64,000 nucleotides of DNA from Phoronis australis (taxonomy: Eukaryota > Animalia > Phoronida): positions 1,595,439-1,659,438 of the forward strand of contig NMRA01000015.1 in the NCBI GenBank assembly GCA_002633005.1. The letters are read 5' to 3'. Of this stretch, positions 37,668 to 52,600 are shown one piece after another; position 1 is the stretch's first letter; every line of letters begins with the position of its first letter. The notes under the pieces were generated by a model. It saw nothing but the letters and a program-made list of their open reading frames with translations. It did not search any database and had not been told where the DNA came from. The translations under genes and the position numbers were made by a program.

Positions 37668-40600
37668 ATGCCCTCAAAACTCCCATTTCGTGTCATCCAT
37701 GCCTCGGGTCAAGATGAGGTTCACAAGGCTAATGAACTGAACACACATGGTCCTCTGACCAAAGGATGGATGTCTTCCAGGTATGAGGCTTATATCTCAC
37801 AGCTAGTAGTCTTAGGGCTTTTATGTGCTCAGTGAGCCAAGTACCTTGCAACTTTGATAAGATTGTGTAAGACTATGTTAAAATGATCTTGGTGGTGTTT
37901 TGTGCCTGTGCTTGTGACCTTTCTTCTGCCTGTGCTTGCAGAATGTTGACTTATGGGAGACAGTGATATTTTAACGCACAGATTACTTACTGTTTCTTCT
38001 TCTTTACAACTAAGCCAGGATTTCTTGTCGCAAGTCTCATTAAGGACTGGAACTATTGGATGCACCCTGTTTATTAGTGTATGCTAGTATGTATTGGGTC
38101 TTGTGTAACCAGGACTTTATGAAAATAGGCCTGCCAAAGTGTATTTTAAACGTACTAGTATCTGGTCCATAAAAATCTGAAGAAAAGGCTTAGTATTGGA
38201 GAAAGATTTTAATTATAGTTCTCTAAATCAAACTGTATTATCTAGAATAATCGGGATTTTTAAGTAAACATGTCTCTTTAAACCCATTGTTTTCTAATTA
38301 GAATTGCTTTCTAAGTTTTTACTTTACAGTTTATTGATTTTAACACTCTTGTTTTTATTTGCAAGGTTTTGTCTGTACCCTCAAGATCTTGTAGTAGAAA
38401 TGGATGTCCGGTCTCGTCTCAGGAAAATACAAATATTGTCTCATCAAACCAGCATTGGTAAGAATTTGATAATCGTGCTGTGGTGTTAATTGAACATGGT
38501 GCTATGGTGTTAACTGAACATGGTGCTGTGGTGTTAATTGAACATTGTTCTAGTGGCCCAGCTGCCGCTTCTACAAATTTTGAGAGGATTTAACTCAGCC
38601 TATGTGCTCTAGGGTAAAATTTTAGACAAAGATAATTACCAAAACTGCCCCTTTTTCCTTTTTTAAAGGTTAGAGTTTAAATATTGGAAAAACATCAGTT
38701 TGGTACTGCATACATTATCTGAAAAAATAAGAAAACAAAATTTCACTTTTCCGTCATACTGTGTTATAAATTTTCAAGATTTTACCGTACACTGAACATA
38801 GCACAGCAGTGAAAACCTGGGGAAGTCTTCTTTGATGATGATTTCGACTTCTGCCCAGGTGTTATAATTGTGAATTTGTCATTTTGTCTGAATAATTTTA
38901 GCTTGTATTGTATTTTGGAGAACTGCCTGCTGCTATGCTGAATCATGCTACTCATACTGTTATTGTATGGTTCTCGTTGCAGCCACAAGGATAGAGTTCT
39001 ATGTTGGTGATGTCCCAGATGGGATTCCAGCTAACCTTCAGAGTGCCAGATACACAAGACTTGGGTAAGCACAACTACTGACTGATCTAACCTTACTAAT
39101 ACACCTTATACAGTTCTTGTGTTCAGGATCAGGGGTTGCTGGTTTGGCAATAGTCTCTTACAGTGTCTTGGATCTTGAGAACCAGTTTGATGCTGGTTAT
39201 TCAGTGGAGAAAACTGGTTTTCAAAATTCAGGACCCTGTAAGTGAGTATTATTACTGGTTGTGATGAGGTCATTGCAATTAGTTGCTGGTGATGATGCAG
39301 AACATATGTTTTTTTTTTCTGAAAACATTTACTGAAGCCCCATGAATCGCCTTCTTTGGAAAACATGGATGTGGTTCGTGTTTTGGCACGGAACCCTTTG
39401 TATTTGTTTTTGTTTTCAATATGGCAAGTTACCATTCTTAATTATGCATGGTAAGACAGTGGTCCAAGAGGAGTTCACTCTTTGGGTTAAAGGAAAAATT
39501 CGCTTTAGCTTACTTGATTGTTGGTAGTTTGCAATTTTGCCTTCGCCTAATTAATGCTCTGTGGAACTTCAAAACCCCTATCTGTCTATCTTTGCCTATT
39601 TTTGTTGTCAACATTACTACACTTTGAATTGGATCTCTTGCTACTAGTGTATCTAATGGTACCTTGCTCAGACTAGACAGGCGTCTGGGCTGGTAGGTTG
39701 TACCTGAAGGCTGTTACTAGAATATCTGATGGTACCTTGCTCAGACTAGACAGGCGTCTGGGCTGGTAGGTTGTACCTGAAGGCTGTTACTAGAATATCT
39801 GATGGTACCTTGCTCAGACTAGACAGGCGTCTGGACTGGTAGGTTGTACCTGAAGGCTGTTACTAGTATATCTGATGGTACCTTGCTCAGACTAGACAGG
39901 CGTCTGGGCTGGTAGGTTGTTGTACCTGAAGGCTGAATTTTATAGGTTAAAATTTTTAGGCATTGCTTTTGTTACTTTTACTTTCTAAAACTGCTCTGAG
40001 GTGGTGGCGTGTTACAACTATTACTAAAATCTCTTGGTCTATTTACACCAACCTTTTGTCTATTTACACTGTCACAGCATTTTGGTCTGTCTGTTCTCCG
40101 GCCATCGTCAAGTGTTCCTCATTTTGTTATATACCAAAAACATTGTGTTTGCAGTTGTTTTTAAATGTTTTAAATAAATACATATTACATGATAATGCTT
40201 GACGTTTCCTTTGTGTTCAGGTATGTCGAGTTATCCGATAACCTCAAGACTGAGTTCAAAGCAAGAGAACTCAAGTCTGTCCATGTTGACGCTATGGGCA
40301 AGTTCCTCAAGTTCGTCATACATAAAAACCACGTGAACAAATATAACTTGTATAACCAGGTGAGACTGAGAGCTTCTGTACTACTTAATGTCAAATAATG
40401 TGAAAACATTTTTGTAAAATTGTGAATGATTTGCATAAGGTTTGCAACTGCAACATGTTCTTCAAATATTTTTAGTAAAGATTTCACTAAAATAGATTTG
40501 TGTAATTATTCAGTTATCTATAGAGGCCAAAATTGTCCCAGTGGTTTAAAATTGTTACCATTCAGGTCACTCTACATTTTCCCAACAAGCTAGTACAATT

Positions 40601-43600
40601 GATGCATTTGTCCTGTGTTGAATGTCTCCCATTCTGTGTCTTTTATCGCTTGTTGATATCAAATGTCCACTACTAAGTGATCACCTGAGTGACCACTAGC
40701 AAGTGTTCTTCACTGAATCTTCACTACGTCATTTCAGGTCGGTGTCGTGGCTGTCAATGTTATTGGTGACCCTGTGGATCCTACGGTAAGGCGTCACCAT
40801 GGTTACGCTGTTTTTCAAATACAGTTGACAGGTTTTTATTTTAGTTGAGCCTGTAGACCTGTTGTTGTTTTGAAAATGTTTATTTCAACACCTTTTTGGA
40901 ACTTCAAGGTCTCCAGGCTAAAATACAATAACAAGTCATACACAAAGATGTCACTGTCTATTTCATATAACAGGGCTTGAAATTTTCCGCGGAAACGCGG
41001 ATTTCCGCTTTTTTCAAATGTTCTGTCCGCGTATTTTATTATATTTCCGCGTTTCCGCTTAAAAAAAATCGGATTTGATATAAAATTTCCGCGGCAAATT
41101 TCGTTCTTACCGCCGCGTTGCCGACGACTTTCACCTCGGAAAGCGGAAGTTGCTCTTTATGTTTCGGAGGAACGTAAATTGTCAACATTGCCGGGGCATC
41201 TGGGATAGCGTGGTGGATTTCCTCAATGGCGGCTCGTGTGATTGTAAACCGCGGCGACAAATACTACGACTCTGCAGCCAAAAATGTTTGGAGGCGGGAG
41301 TGGCGGTCGAGCTAAGACAGACGCACGCTTCCGGAGGTGGTACCGTTTTTTTTTTTAGTCCTCTCGATTTTTGTCAGCAAAAAAGGTCCACATCGACTTT
41401 TTCAAGGCTGCCTGCGCGCATGTTTCGGGCCGTAAAAATTTCCGCGTTTTTCGCCATTTGTCATTCCAAGCCCTGATATAACTTGAATTGTGTGATGATC
41501 ACTGTGAAAGGCAAATCTTACATGGATATAACACATATTGAATTTAATGATGAGCCACAATCCTTCAACTATCTGTTTAATGCTAGTTGCGAACCTATGA
41601 AATCGGTGTTTTTCAAATCCTGAGCTACATTAATAGATTAGTAGCGTGCTTAGTCGAGTGAGTGTCTGGTTTCTTGCCGATGTTAAGTTTGGCTTATTCT
41701 AGTTACGATTCTGTGTTGCAGGATACGCCAATAGATGACAAGCCATCTGACCCTGCATTGGCTGGTCTGTTCTCCAGGTACATTGTATTATGACTACTCA
41801 GCATTCTGTTACCACCTCAGTCTCTTGGTTATGTACTGCAGTCAAACTGTTTAATGCTTTGATTTTGATTGTTTTTTTTAAAGTTTGGCGTAAATATTTG
41901 ACCCTCAGTTTCTTTTATTTATGTTTATTGTTAATGTTATCAATGCATTTTTATTATAACTATTTTTGTTACAAATTATGTTCTTGTTTATAGACCTGTC
42001 ACAATTCATTAGCTGGGAATTTACTTGTTAATATTTTCATTGCAGGCCTGACTACATTTCACCATTGGATGACCTTGCCTTTGACATGTACCAGGACCCT
42101 GAGATTGCACAGATTATTAGGAAACTTGAAAAGAAGAAACAGGAAGCTGTATTACGTAAGAAAAATAATGGGTTAATTTGTACCATACATGGTGCCGTTA
42201 TGGTTGGATATAACCTGCCCGCATTTTTATAACCAGTTTTCTCCACTAAATAACGAGCATCAAACTGGTTCTCGAAATTTGGGCATGTTGTATCTGATTA
42301 TTGCCAGATGAATGGCTCTGTGAATGAAGTTGTAACAATTCATACATTGTGGTCTGTACTGAGACAGTCTGCAGAGTAAAGGAGATGCCTTTGTAGGTGT
42401 ATTGGTCCTTCATAAGGCTGCTTGTGGGATGAAAAGGACAACAATTGAAATTCAGGGATTTCATCTACTTTGTGTATGGTGGTCTCAGGAACGGTTCTTG
42501 TCTCATGAACAAAATGCTAGTGTTAGTGAGAAGGCTTTAAATACTTTGTGTGGGAAGATGACTGACTGTTTAGACTTTGTACTTGTCAATGTATGTACTG
42601 CTCCTCTCAAATAGCTCTTGTTGTTTCTGTGTCAAGCACAGGTCATGGACTTTTACTGCATAATGTTTGAATGCCAAAAATATTCCAAATTTGGCTAACG
42701 ATTGCTGTCCATTTCAGAAGAGAGATATGATTATGCCAAAAAGTTACGGCAGGGAATCCAAGAACTTCAGAAGGTAATGTTTTCACTGCATGTGATATCT
42801 TTTTCATGTGAGAAAACTGACTTCAGTATCTGCAGAGGTTGTAGAAAATACACCTTGCAACATTTGATTTTGAAATTTTAGCATCTGTAGGAAAGTACAT
42901 GTAGCACTAATATATAACGAGTTGGTACTGTATGTCTGAATCAGCTTATATATCGCACATGCAAGTTTAAGTGATATGATTGCTGCCTGGTACCATACTC
43001 AAAACACGTCTGACTCCCACCAGAGTCAAATAAAGTTGCATGCGCTCTAGAGCTTTCAGGTCATATCACAGTGATATGGAATGGAATTATGAATTATACT
43101 AAACGCACGTGTTAGATCTATGACTGAATATGTGTGCAAATGACTAAAAGTGTCAAATATGCTTTGTAGGTTGGGGAAAAACTGGGTAAATTTGAGGTGG
43201 AGAAACGACAAGCAGTGGAGGCTGAAGATTATGACAGGGCTCAACTGAAGAAGGTCCAAATGGAGGAATACAGGTTACAAGTGTACAAACAGATGAATAT
43301 ACAGGATCTGTTAGAGGCAGATCAGGTGAGTGGGGCGGGGCCAAGCTGAGGGTCGGAGGTCAGTTGGAGAAGGTCGGGGATCAACTGAAAAGGTGCAATT
43401 AGTAGAGCATGTATATAGAAACCTCCCTAGAGGAGCATAGCTTACATATTTTACATGTCTATGGAACAGATTAATATATGAAGGTAGAGAAGATGGGTGA
43501 GACTGGGTCAGGGGTCAACTAAAAGATGTCAAGGGGTCAACCAATGTAGGTTCAAATTTGAAGACTTCGAACTGCACAAGCAGGTGAAGAGGATCTGTTG

Positions 43601-46600
43601 AAAGAGGAACTACTGAGTGAGGTTTGGGCCAAGTAGAGGGGTCAGAGGTCAACTAAAGAAGATACAGTTGGAGTACAGAGTATATGAATATGCAGGATTC
43701 TTGGAGGTAGAACTTAGTGAAGTGCATTCAGAGGTCAATTGGAGATCAGGAGTCTTTCTGTGTTATGGGGATGCGATACTATGTTTCTCTAGTTTAATAG
43801 CTACTTATAAGATTAGAGTAGATTCTGAAGTGACTTTAGCTTTCCATGAATATTTCGGTTTCTCGGCGAGTTTTTTATGTCTGACTAAACCATATCACGT
43901 GTAGTTTCCTTCTCTTTTGTGCTGCATTGTGTTAAAGTGTGATCTAAGACTGTCAAGTTTTGTGCTATTTTTCCACGATCTATTAATTACTAATTGATTT
44001 GGGATGTTAAAAGGTAATTTCATGTGATGTTCTTTGTTTTTTAGTCCAGACATCCCAGTGCAGTAGATCTTGGTAAGTGTCTGTCTTAGCTACACATCAC
44101 ATGTTATGTAGACAACCGTTTGCATTTAAATGTTTTCACACACAATCAAGATTTTGTTGTATAGTAAAATTCAAAAGCCACACCTTATATACGCTCAGAA
44201 GCCCTTTCAACACAGCTCAGTAAATGAAATATGCTTTTAGTTAAGAAATGTTATAAAAATAGGCATGGTGCCTTCTGGGATACACCAGTAGTGCTTAGGC
44301 TACACAGTTGGGCCCATTGCACTAAACACGTGATTGAGACTCAAGGGGATCCCTCAGCATGGGGTTGCTTTTAATTGGTTACTTACATAATATCCCCAGC
44401 ATTTGGTTACACTCCATGACCTGTTTCTCTCTGTAGTAAATGGTCGTAATTGTTCTTCACAGAGCCCACACGGTTCCCCACTCCCCCTCGGCTTGTTGAC
44501 AACCTAAGTTCTCAAGAACCCAGTACCTCCCGAACACCTGTCAGTCAAAGTCCTGTGTCACGAACACCGTATGATGAACGACCTCTGCCAGCTCATAAGA
44601 AGTGAGTAGAACTCAGTGGTATGTCAGTTGTATGCTAGCATGTTAAAGTTTCAACTCAGAAATACTTACATAATGGTCTGTATAAAGAATTTAGTGTCTA
44701 TAGCAATAAAAACTTCTGATGTAAAATTTTACCTCAATTTGTTTTTTAAGGTGGTATAAAAACTTTTCTTACATTTTTAACTAGTTGGAAAAATAAAAGT
44801 CAAACTAATGTTTAGTTAAGTGAAATCATTGGTTGATGTTCACCTCTTGTATCATCGTGTCATTCATTAATTGACAATAGAGAGGTGGAAAGTGCACGTA
44901 AGACACCTGTGGCGACCCCTGTTGACAACAGTCCTAGAGTTGAGCTGTAAGTGGCGTGCTCTCCAGTCCACCTCATGTACTACTGTCAGAGAGTCCAACT
45001 GACTGGCGTCCTCTCACATTAGTGTGTTCCATCTATGTTAGAGTGTGTTTTGACTAAGTTCCTAATGCATGTATTTTGATAAGACATTAAGGTGCGTCAT
45101 GTTGTTGTGTGATTGTGTTATGGGTGAGTGTGCAGGTTGTTGATGTTATATTTAAGTTTCCATTAATGAATATCCAAGGAGTCCATTTCATGAAACTGTG
45201 CTCCGTGGTCTCAGTTGGTGAATATTAGACAGCCATTCGATAAATATCAGCAAAATGAAATTAAAACTAGTATTGGACTTACATTTCAATGAACAACGTG
45301 AATCGCCAAGGCAGATTAAGATTCCATCTCTCCAGGACATGTGTGTTGTGTTTCATTCCCCGCTGATTACGTCATCAGCCAAACACCACCGCGGCAGTTA
45401 CTAATGAAAGTCCTCGCGATGAGGATGCAATGTCGCTCAGTTGAAATATAAATCCAGTTTTAGTTGTATGTTTTTTGCTTTTCTTTAGTCTCTTGTTTGT
45501 AGATTGCAAATTAATTTTGGGCTTATTTTTGTAATACAACTTTTAACAAAAGAGACCAAGACATGTCTATTTGCCTTAGCTCGATTTCCGGCTACATCAG
45601 TTTCTTGAAATGGGGTCTGTTGTATGAAAGTTATTTTTAGCTTTATGTTTTAAGTTAGAGATTGCTGGCACGATGTTGACATCAATGTTTAACAATTCTA
45701 GTGTGACACATAGTGGTGTGATGTACAAATAAATTAGATCCCTGGATGTAACTTGCACTTTCTAATCTCCATAATGGACAGTGCTAGTGTAGATTTATGT
45801 TCAATACTGTAAGTAATCGCATTTCTTAGTTTTTATTAGTTCATTATTTATTTATTTATGTATTTGTTCATTAGTTTCTGGGATGGCCAGCAGGTGAAAC
45901 CTTAGTATACAGTGTTTTTGGCACTTAAGTTATTACCGCACGTGATGATTCATTCTTGCAGTCTGGCTTTGTGCGTTTAGGGGCTTTTATCTTTTTGCTG
46001 TTGTCATTGACATAACGTATGTTCAGAAATCCAGAATTAATACATGGAGGTGGGCTCTGATGTGTTTTAGATACTGTTGCTCTGTTCATTGAACTCTAAT
46101 CACAAGGTTCTGTACTGTCAATTGGAATGCAACAAATTAAAGATTGTTAGCTATGCATCTTGTCAGATTTTCAGTTACCCGAAAGGACAACTTTCATTTA
46201 TTGTAGCTGGGTCAGTGACTGTGATGTCAATATTTTTATGTTTCCATTAGCTATCTCTGCCTTTGGCTCTGGTATTTTTAAACGTCAGAAAGTTGATGAT
46301 CATACAAGCTTTGATGATTGAATGTCAAGGGAGCCAGTTTCATGAAACTTGTCTTTAGTCTTAAGTCCAAATAGATGAGTATGTCAGCATATTCAGGCAT
46401 ACGTATGGTTTTCAAAAATATCACAAGAACAGACTAAGGACATATCTGCCACAATTTACCTCGATTTTAGTCTAAACTTGGACTAAAACAGTTTCATGAA
46501 ACAAGGCCTATGGGTTCAGACCTTGTCGCTTATCTTGGGTGACAAGTTTTAAGGTTAGTCACTGGTTTAACATCAACACCATTGTTCATCAATTGAAGTG

Positions 46601-49600
46601 TAGCGCATAGTAGCCTGATACTTGATACTGTTGCTATTATAATGATTACAACTTTCTTAAAACAGAGCCCTTGACTAATTTTGTATGTCCCTGTCATTGT
46701 AGGAGGAAATTAATGCATCAGTGGTTTTAGGATGGGGACAGTGCCCACCCAGAATAAAAACAAAATGTCAATATGCTGTTTTCAGGGTTACACGGACATT
46801 TTTCCTTTGACAATTGTGGTTGAGCCCTCCCCTGTACGGCATCATACATCCACCTGTGTATTGTTTGCTTGTTCTGTAAGATTGTTACACATATGACTCC
46901 TCTAGACTGGTTGGTCAGGTGTTTGCACTGTCATATAACATGCCCTCATTCTATTCAAGCATTCCTGCTCCTGAGGTGGAGTCTCCGCCTCATTCAGTCA
47001 CTCCGTATGATGAACGGCCTGTAGGGGGTGTGAAGTAAGTCACTCGGCCTCAGTCAACTAACCCCCACCATGTTCTCACCCTCACCTATTTTGTGCTTCA
47101 CTGGTTCCAGCACACTCTCCTTCTGTTCATGATGTTGTTGTTGTTGAGTTACATCACTTCAGTACAGCCTCTTGATCGCTTAACACCCTGTTCTTGTACA
47201 CAGTACAATATACAATTGTGAGTAAGCAAAAGCACAGATACAGCAGAACATCTAGGGAACATAACTGAGTCCCTACTTGAGGCTGTTTTGTGCAACCGTC
47301 TCCAGGTCATCTTGTTCATTTATTTTTATTGTATACTGTTCAAGAGCTGCTGTCTGTGCTTGCAGACTACTTGAGTGAAACAACCAGGTGCAAGAGTCTT
47401 CTTAGCGTCTTCATTATTTCAATGTAACTGATATATTCTTTTCTTTGTCATATGTTTTATTTATCACTGTTACATCTTCCAGATGGTTTGTTGAATATTA
47501 AAACTGTTTTTAAACGATCCATCCTACCGACAGGCGGTACTTACGCTTAAATTGCTCATTTTGGACAAAGATAATTACGGAAATTGTCATCACAGGATTA
47601 TCATGTTGCTACCAATGGTTAAATGTTTACAAAATGTTATTGTTGACAAACATGATGCAATAAAATTTCACTTTTCAGTAGTGCGCCATGTGTTCCAAAG
47701 TACTAGCATTCATCAAAACATTAACTTTATGCATCTACTGCATCTACAAACAGTCATTCTTTCTAAAGAGTGAAGTTTTCATTTAGACCCGTTACTGTTG
47801 TAGAGCTGGTCTTGACTTGTTCCTTACTTAGATGAGAAGTTGATTTTTGGGTTTTACATAGAACTGATGATCAGTTATTCCATGAGGTCACGTTTAACAC
47901 ATAAACTGACCCGTTGTGAGAGTCAAGTCTCTAGCAAGTATGAACAGTCGTTTTTTCCTGAAAACACCTCTGACAGGACTAAGGAACAATTTGAGACCAA
48001 TTAATTTTTGGAAGGGAAGGGCAGGTTTATAAATGCTTTAAATAGGGAAGAGTTTCGTATTCAACAAATCTTTGGCTAAATTGTTTTTGTTTGCCACTGT
48101 AAGGGTATAACCCATTTTTGTGTTCTGTCTCTTGTCACATTTCACATCTTCGCTACCTCTACTGTGTCGTGGATGCACTTATTGACCTCTGTGTGTTGTC
48201 TGCTGCCTAATTTCATTTCAAGGACAGTTAATACTCATTGTTAGAAAATCAAACATGTCGTATGTCATGTTAAATAAGTTTATCTCGCAAGACATGCGCT
48301 GCAGCTGCTAAGCTGTTGTAATCAATGCTTTTCTCAAGTACGTAAGTTAGCGCCCACTCAATTAGTTCTGTCTGCATGATGATGGAGAGGATGTTTTTTT
48401 AATTTATTCCTTCTAGATTTCATAGTTAAAGATGGCAATTTTGTAAAGTCGTGTTGAAATTTTGTTTACAGTTGGACCATGCTGTACATTTCAAGTCTTC
48501 TACATCCCTGTTTTTTATTAGTAAAACATGTTCAACAACTATGCATATTTCAGGGCCAGTTGCTCATTAGCTATCCATGTTCCATGCCCAGTCATTCATT
48601 AGGTATCCTTGTTCCGGAATGACCTGTTCGTTAAATATCCATGTTCCTTGGCCAGATGTAAGTTAGGCTTCCGTGTTCCATGCCCAATTGCTTTTGCTCT
48701 TGGGTTAACATTGCATTCGATATCCATGTTTCAGAGCTGCTCCACCAGCTGAAGAGGAAGAAGAGGAAGACGACCAGACTGTCCTAGAATCCAGCGGTGG
48801 TCAGTTTTTTACTCAATCTTTAGTTTAGGCTAATGCAACTGTGTTAAAGGGCAAGGTTTTGTTGTGATTTGAGAAACTACCTCAGACCTAGGTGACAGCT
48901 CACCAGTATATACAACCTAGTAGATTAGGGACACCTGACATCATGCACAGACAACAACTTCAATTAGCCGATGTGTGTCCATAGCAACTGCTGCAACAGT
49001 TACTACAACCCAGCTACTTCCCTATTTGAGTTGCCTAGTAAAGACCTTGTGTTAGCCAAAGAACAGCACACATTCATCAATATGACTTGTGTATTAGAAT
49101 GTCTTTAGCTCAGTCTGTATCTCATGTCAGCAGCCTGTCTGATATTAGCCTACTGAGGTGACGATATATGCGGGGAGTTGGTGGGATGTGCTTTTGATCC
49201 CTTTACAACAGAGTATGACCTGAAAGGTTGGAAAAGTCTGGGTCTATACCAGTCCATTAATGGACATTTGTTCAAACTCTCCATATATTCATCAGTGCTC
49301 CAAAAATTCACTTTTAATCCCATTACAAGTTGTATGAATTATTCATTTCTAAAGCACAGAAAACTCTGCGTCTTTGTCTTTAAAGGTGTTATTGTACATT
49401 TTGGTATTAATTAGTGTTCATCTGGTCTTCAGTAACAAGCAACATTTAGTTAAATGACTTACTAGTAATTGGTGTAATGCCTTGTTTCTGCTAAAGATTT
49501 CATTGAGCAAATGCAATGAACAGCTGGAGATGATCACAGTTTGAGTTCAGTCGTGAATGCACAGTGAAAAGTGTGTAGGTACATGGCAGTTAGGCCAACT

Positions 49601-52600
49601 TTGTCATTTCACTATATATTCCACTGCTATTTTCTTGCAATTTTGGCTTGAATTTTCGTGTTGTTCGAAACTGGAGAATTTTTACTGTAGTAAGGTTTAC
49701 CTGTGTTGTCTTGTTACTTCACAGGCATTACTGATGGTGCCGAACAGATGAGTGAGAAAGATCTGAGAGAAGCCTCCAGTGCTATTGACATACTGGGGCT
49801 ACCTCTGGTGAGTGGCTTGATAACCTGTTAGTCAATGTAAATGAACCATAGGCTGTTCACCGAAGGAGGTGACAGAGTTGGGATCTAGTGTTGTGCTCCT
49901 CTGTCTAGTTTGTTTTAATTGTGGTGATTTCATCTGCAGTGTTGATTGTTTTTCAAATGTGTCGTGGAACAGTTGTCAGCTGGTAAACATCTAGTGACAT
50001 CAAAGTTAATGGAGAAGTTTGGACGATGTGATGGAACTTGTCACTTGGGCGCACCACAGTTGAAAGTAGGGGTCGACTGCTGCATGCTTTTTGGGATGAA
50101 TACAACTAAGCAACGGTCATGTCAAAATACAAGATTGAAGACAACCTTAAAAATGCCTCAAATAAGTTTAGTTTGTATGAAATATTGTTTATGCACTTTA
50201 CGTCTTATCCCCATGGACCGTCCAATAATACATTTGAGAAACAACAGCAGCGCCGTAGACGAAATCCCCCAAATTGTGACCTAAATAATAAGTTAATGTA
50301 AGTTGAGTGGTAAAGGCATGTTAATATTATGTGGGACCTTAGTCCAAATTCGTCTAACTTCGGAACATGTGGCTGGTCAGGTCCATGTGCAGCCTAGACA
50401 CACTACTGTGTGCTTCATGCACGTGAAACGAAATGATAATTTAGAAAACTAGAGCAGCGTTTTTGAGATTTCTTCTTGGACATCTAATGTCAAATGAAAT
50501 TTGGTCATGGTATTGATACCGTTGTGTTCCTACGAATGCACCTTTCTTTTTCAATACATCCAACTAAAAAGGCTTGGTCACGTGACCCCATTACTGGCAG
50601 ATTGGTATAATGGCTTTCTACTTTCTAAAACTTTTATATTTTAGTTGAAATCTACAGTTTGCTAGACATTTGGCTAAGTACACAGGCTTAAAATAATTTC
50701 TCTTGGCTTGGTAGGAACTGACACTTCATTACTGTGTCAGACCCGACCTGTCATGGCCTACCAAGTTGTTTGTCACGTCGGGTTAGTTACAGTCACCAGG
50801 GCAGTATGGCCGTCAGAAATTTCAGGCAGTTTATTATATTAACCAATTTCCTATTTAAAGGAAGGATAAGAAGTTGATGGCTTTAGACAAGCAAGTACAC
50901 CAGGACCTTGGGAATCTCTTGATTCAGAGTCTACTCAGACTCGAAAGTTAATCACACTGCAAGTTCATTGAAGCGTGCCATGCAATTGGTCAATTTTTTA
51001 GTCAAATTTTGAATGGAGAGATTAGACTTGGGGCTTGACCATGATTTATAAGTGCTTAAGTTCAGAGTTGTTATTTTACGGTGCAGAATATTGCGCTCAA
51101 TGTAAAATGTTTCTATACAGNCTAAAGATTTCATTGAGCAAATGCAATGAACAGCTGGAGATGATCACAGTTTGAGTTCAGTCGTGAATGCACAGTGAAA
51201 AGTGTGTAGGTACATGGCAGTTAGGCCAACTTTGTCATTTCACTATATATTCCACTGCTATTTTCTTGCAATTTTGGCTTGAATTTTCGTGTTGTTCGAA
51301 ACTGGAGAATTTTTACTGTAGTAAGGTTTACCTGTGTTGTCTTGTTACTTCACAGGCATTACTGATGGTGCCGAACAGATGAGTGAGAAAGATCTGAGAG
51401 AAGCCTCCAGTGCTATTGACATACTGGGGCTACCTCTGGTGAGTGGCTTGATAACCTGTTAGTCAATGTAATTGAACCATAGGCTGTTCACGGAAGGAGG
51501 TGACAGAGTTGGGATCTAGTGTTGTGCTCATCTGTCTAGTTTGATTTAGAGTTGTTATTTTATGGTGCAGAATATTGCGCTCAATGTAAAATGTTTCCGT
51601 ACAGGTGACCAAGAATTACTCAAAGACGTGGTCATTCAGAGATGAGTCATTGATGGAACTGATGAGTCATTTGAAGGACCTGCCTCCTGAGACACCAAAG
51701 GAAGATGCCAAAGTTCACTTCAGGGAAGCCATGTTCTTGGTGAAGAGAGGCATTAAAGATCAAGTGTTTGCTGTGAGTATCGTGGGGAGAGATTAAGGGG
51801 GTGATGGAGGAATTGTGGAGCTAGGGGAGGGGAGGGAGGGTGCTCTATACTGGAGGGCTGGGATCTAGGGAGGACAAGGAATGGGGTTATTGGATAGCTT
51901 ACCTCTTGGGAGGGGAAAGTAGGAGCTGGTCTTTTGTGAGGGAGATGTTATTAATCATGGCTGGGCTTTAGGACGATAATATCGGGAGCTGTGCATTGGT
52001 AGGGCTGGGCAAATGGTTATTATGTTTGAACTGAGGCTATTACAGCAGTTTTCAAAAAAGGTGGCAAGTTTCGCCGAAAGTTGTCTTGCTTCATCACAGT
52101 TACGGAGAAAATCAAGATGGGAATCTGATGAAAAATGATTTATTTGAAAATAAGACAGAATTTTAGTTTCAAATTTTTGGTAATTTTCAAGGAGGAGAAA
52201 TATGCTTAACTTTTTTAGAAACTATGTCATGTTTCATATCGATTTATTTTTTACCAGGGGAGGGGATCGCTGTGCAATGTGCTGATTTAATGTCAATATC
52301 AAAATCGCCCCTTCTCTTGATTGCATTACATTGCATTATGTTCTTTGTTAGTTTTATAATCACTTGGTCTCAAAGGAGTATGCTGCTGCATACCAATGTA
52401 TATGATATATCAAGTTGATCATAATTTAGGAGTTCTTACTAATTTACCTTTCCCTTTCTAGGTCTTCAAGTCAGCTCTGAAAGTGTTGGAATATTTATTG
52501 ACGGAGTTTGTACCCGATCACAAGTACGTATAATGCTGCCTGTTGTAATAGTTTGTTTTTTGAAGTTGTATTAAATAAAAGTGATTTTGTTCTTATATTG

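Noticed and set aside
48603-48611. GTATCCTT U12-type donor-like sequence
   Set aside because: It is part of a degenerate intronic repeat with no upstream exon; all chained introns are GT-AG U2-like.
49557-51438. Mutually exclusive exon pair in CEP104
   Set aside because: The exons are identical and intron flanks nearly so, joined at a single N; better explained as a haplotype assembly artefact.
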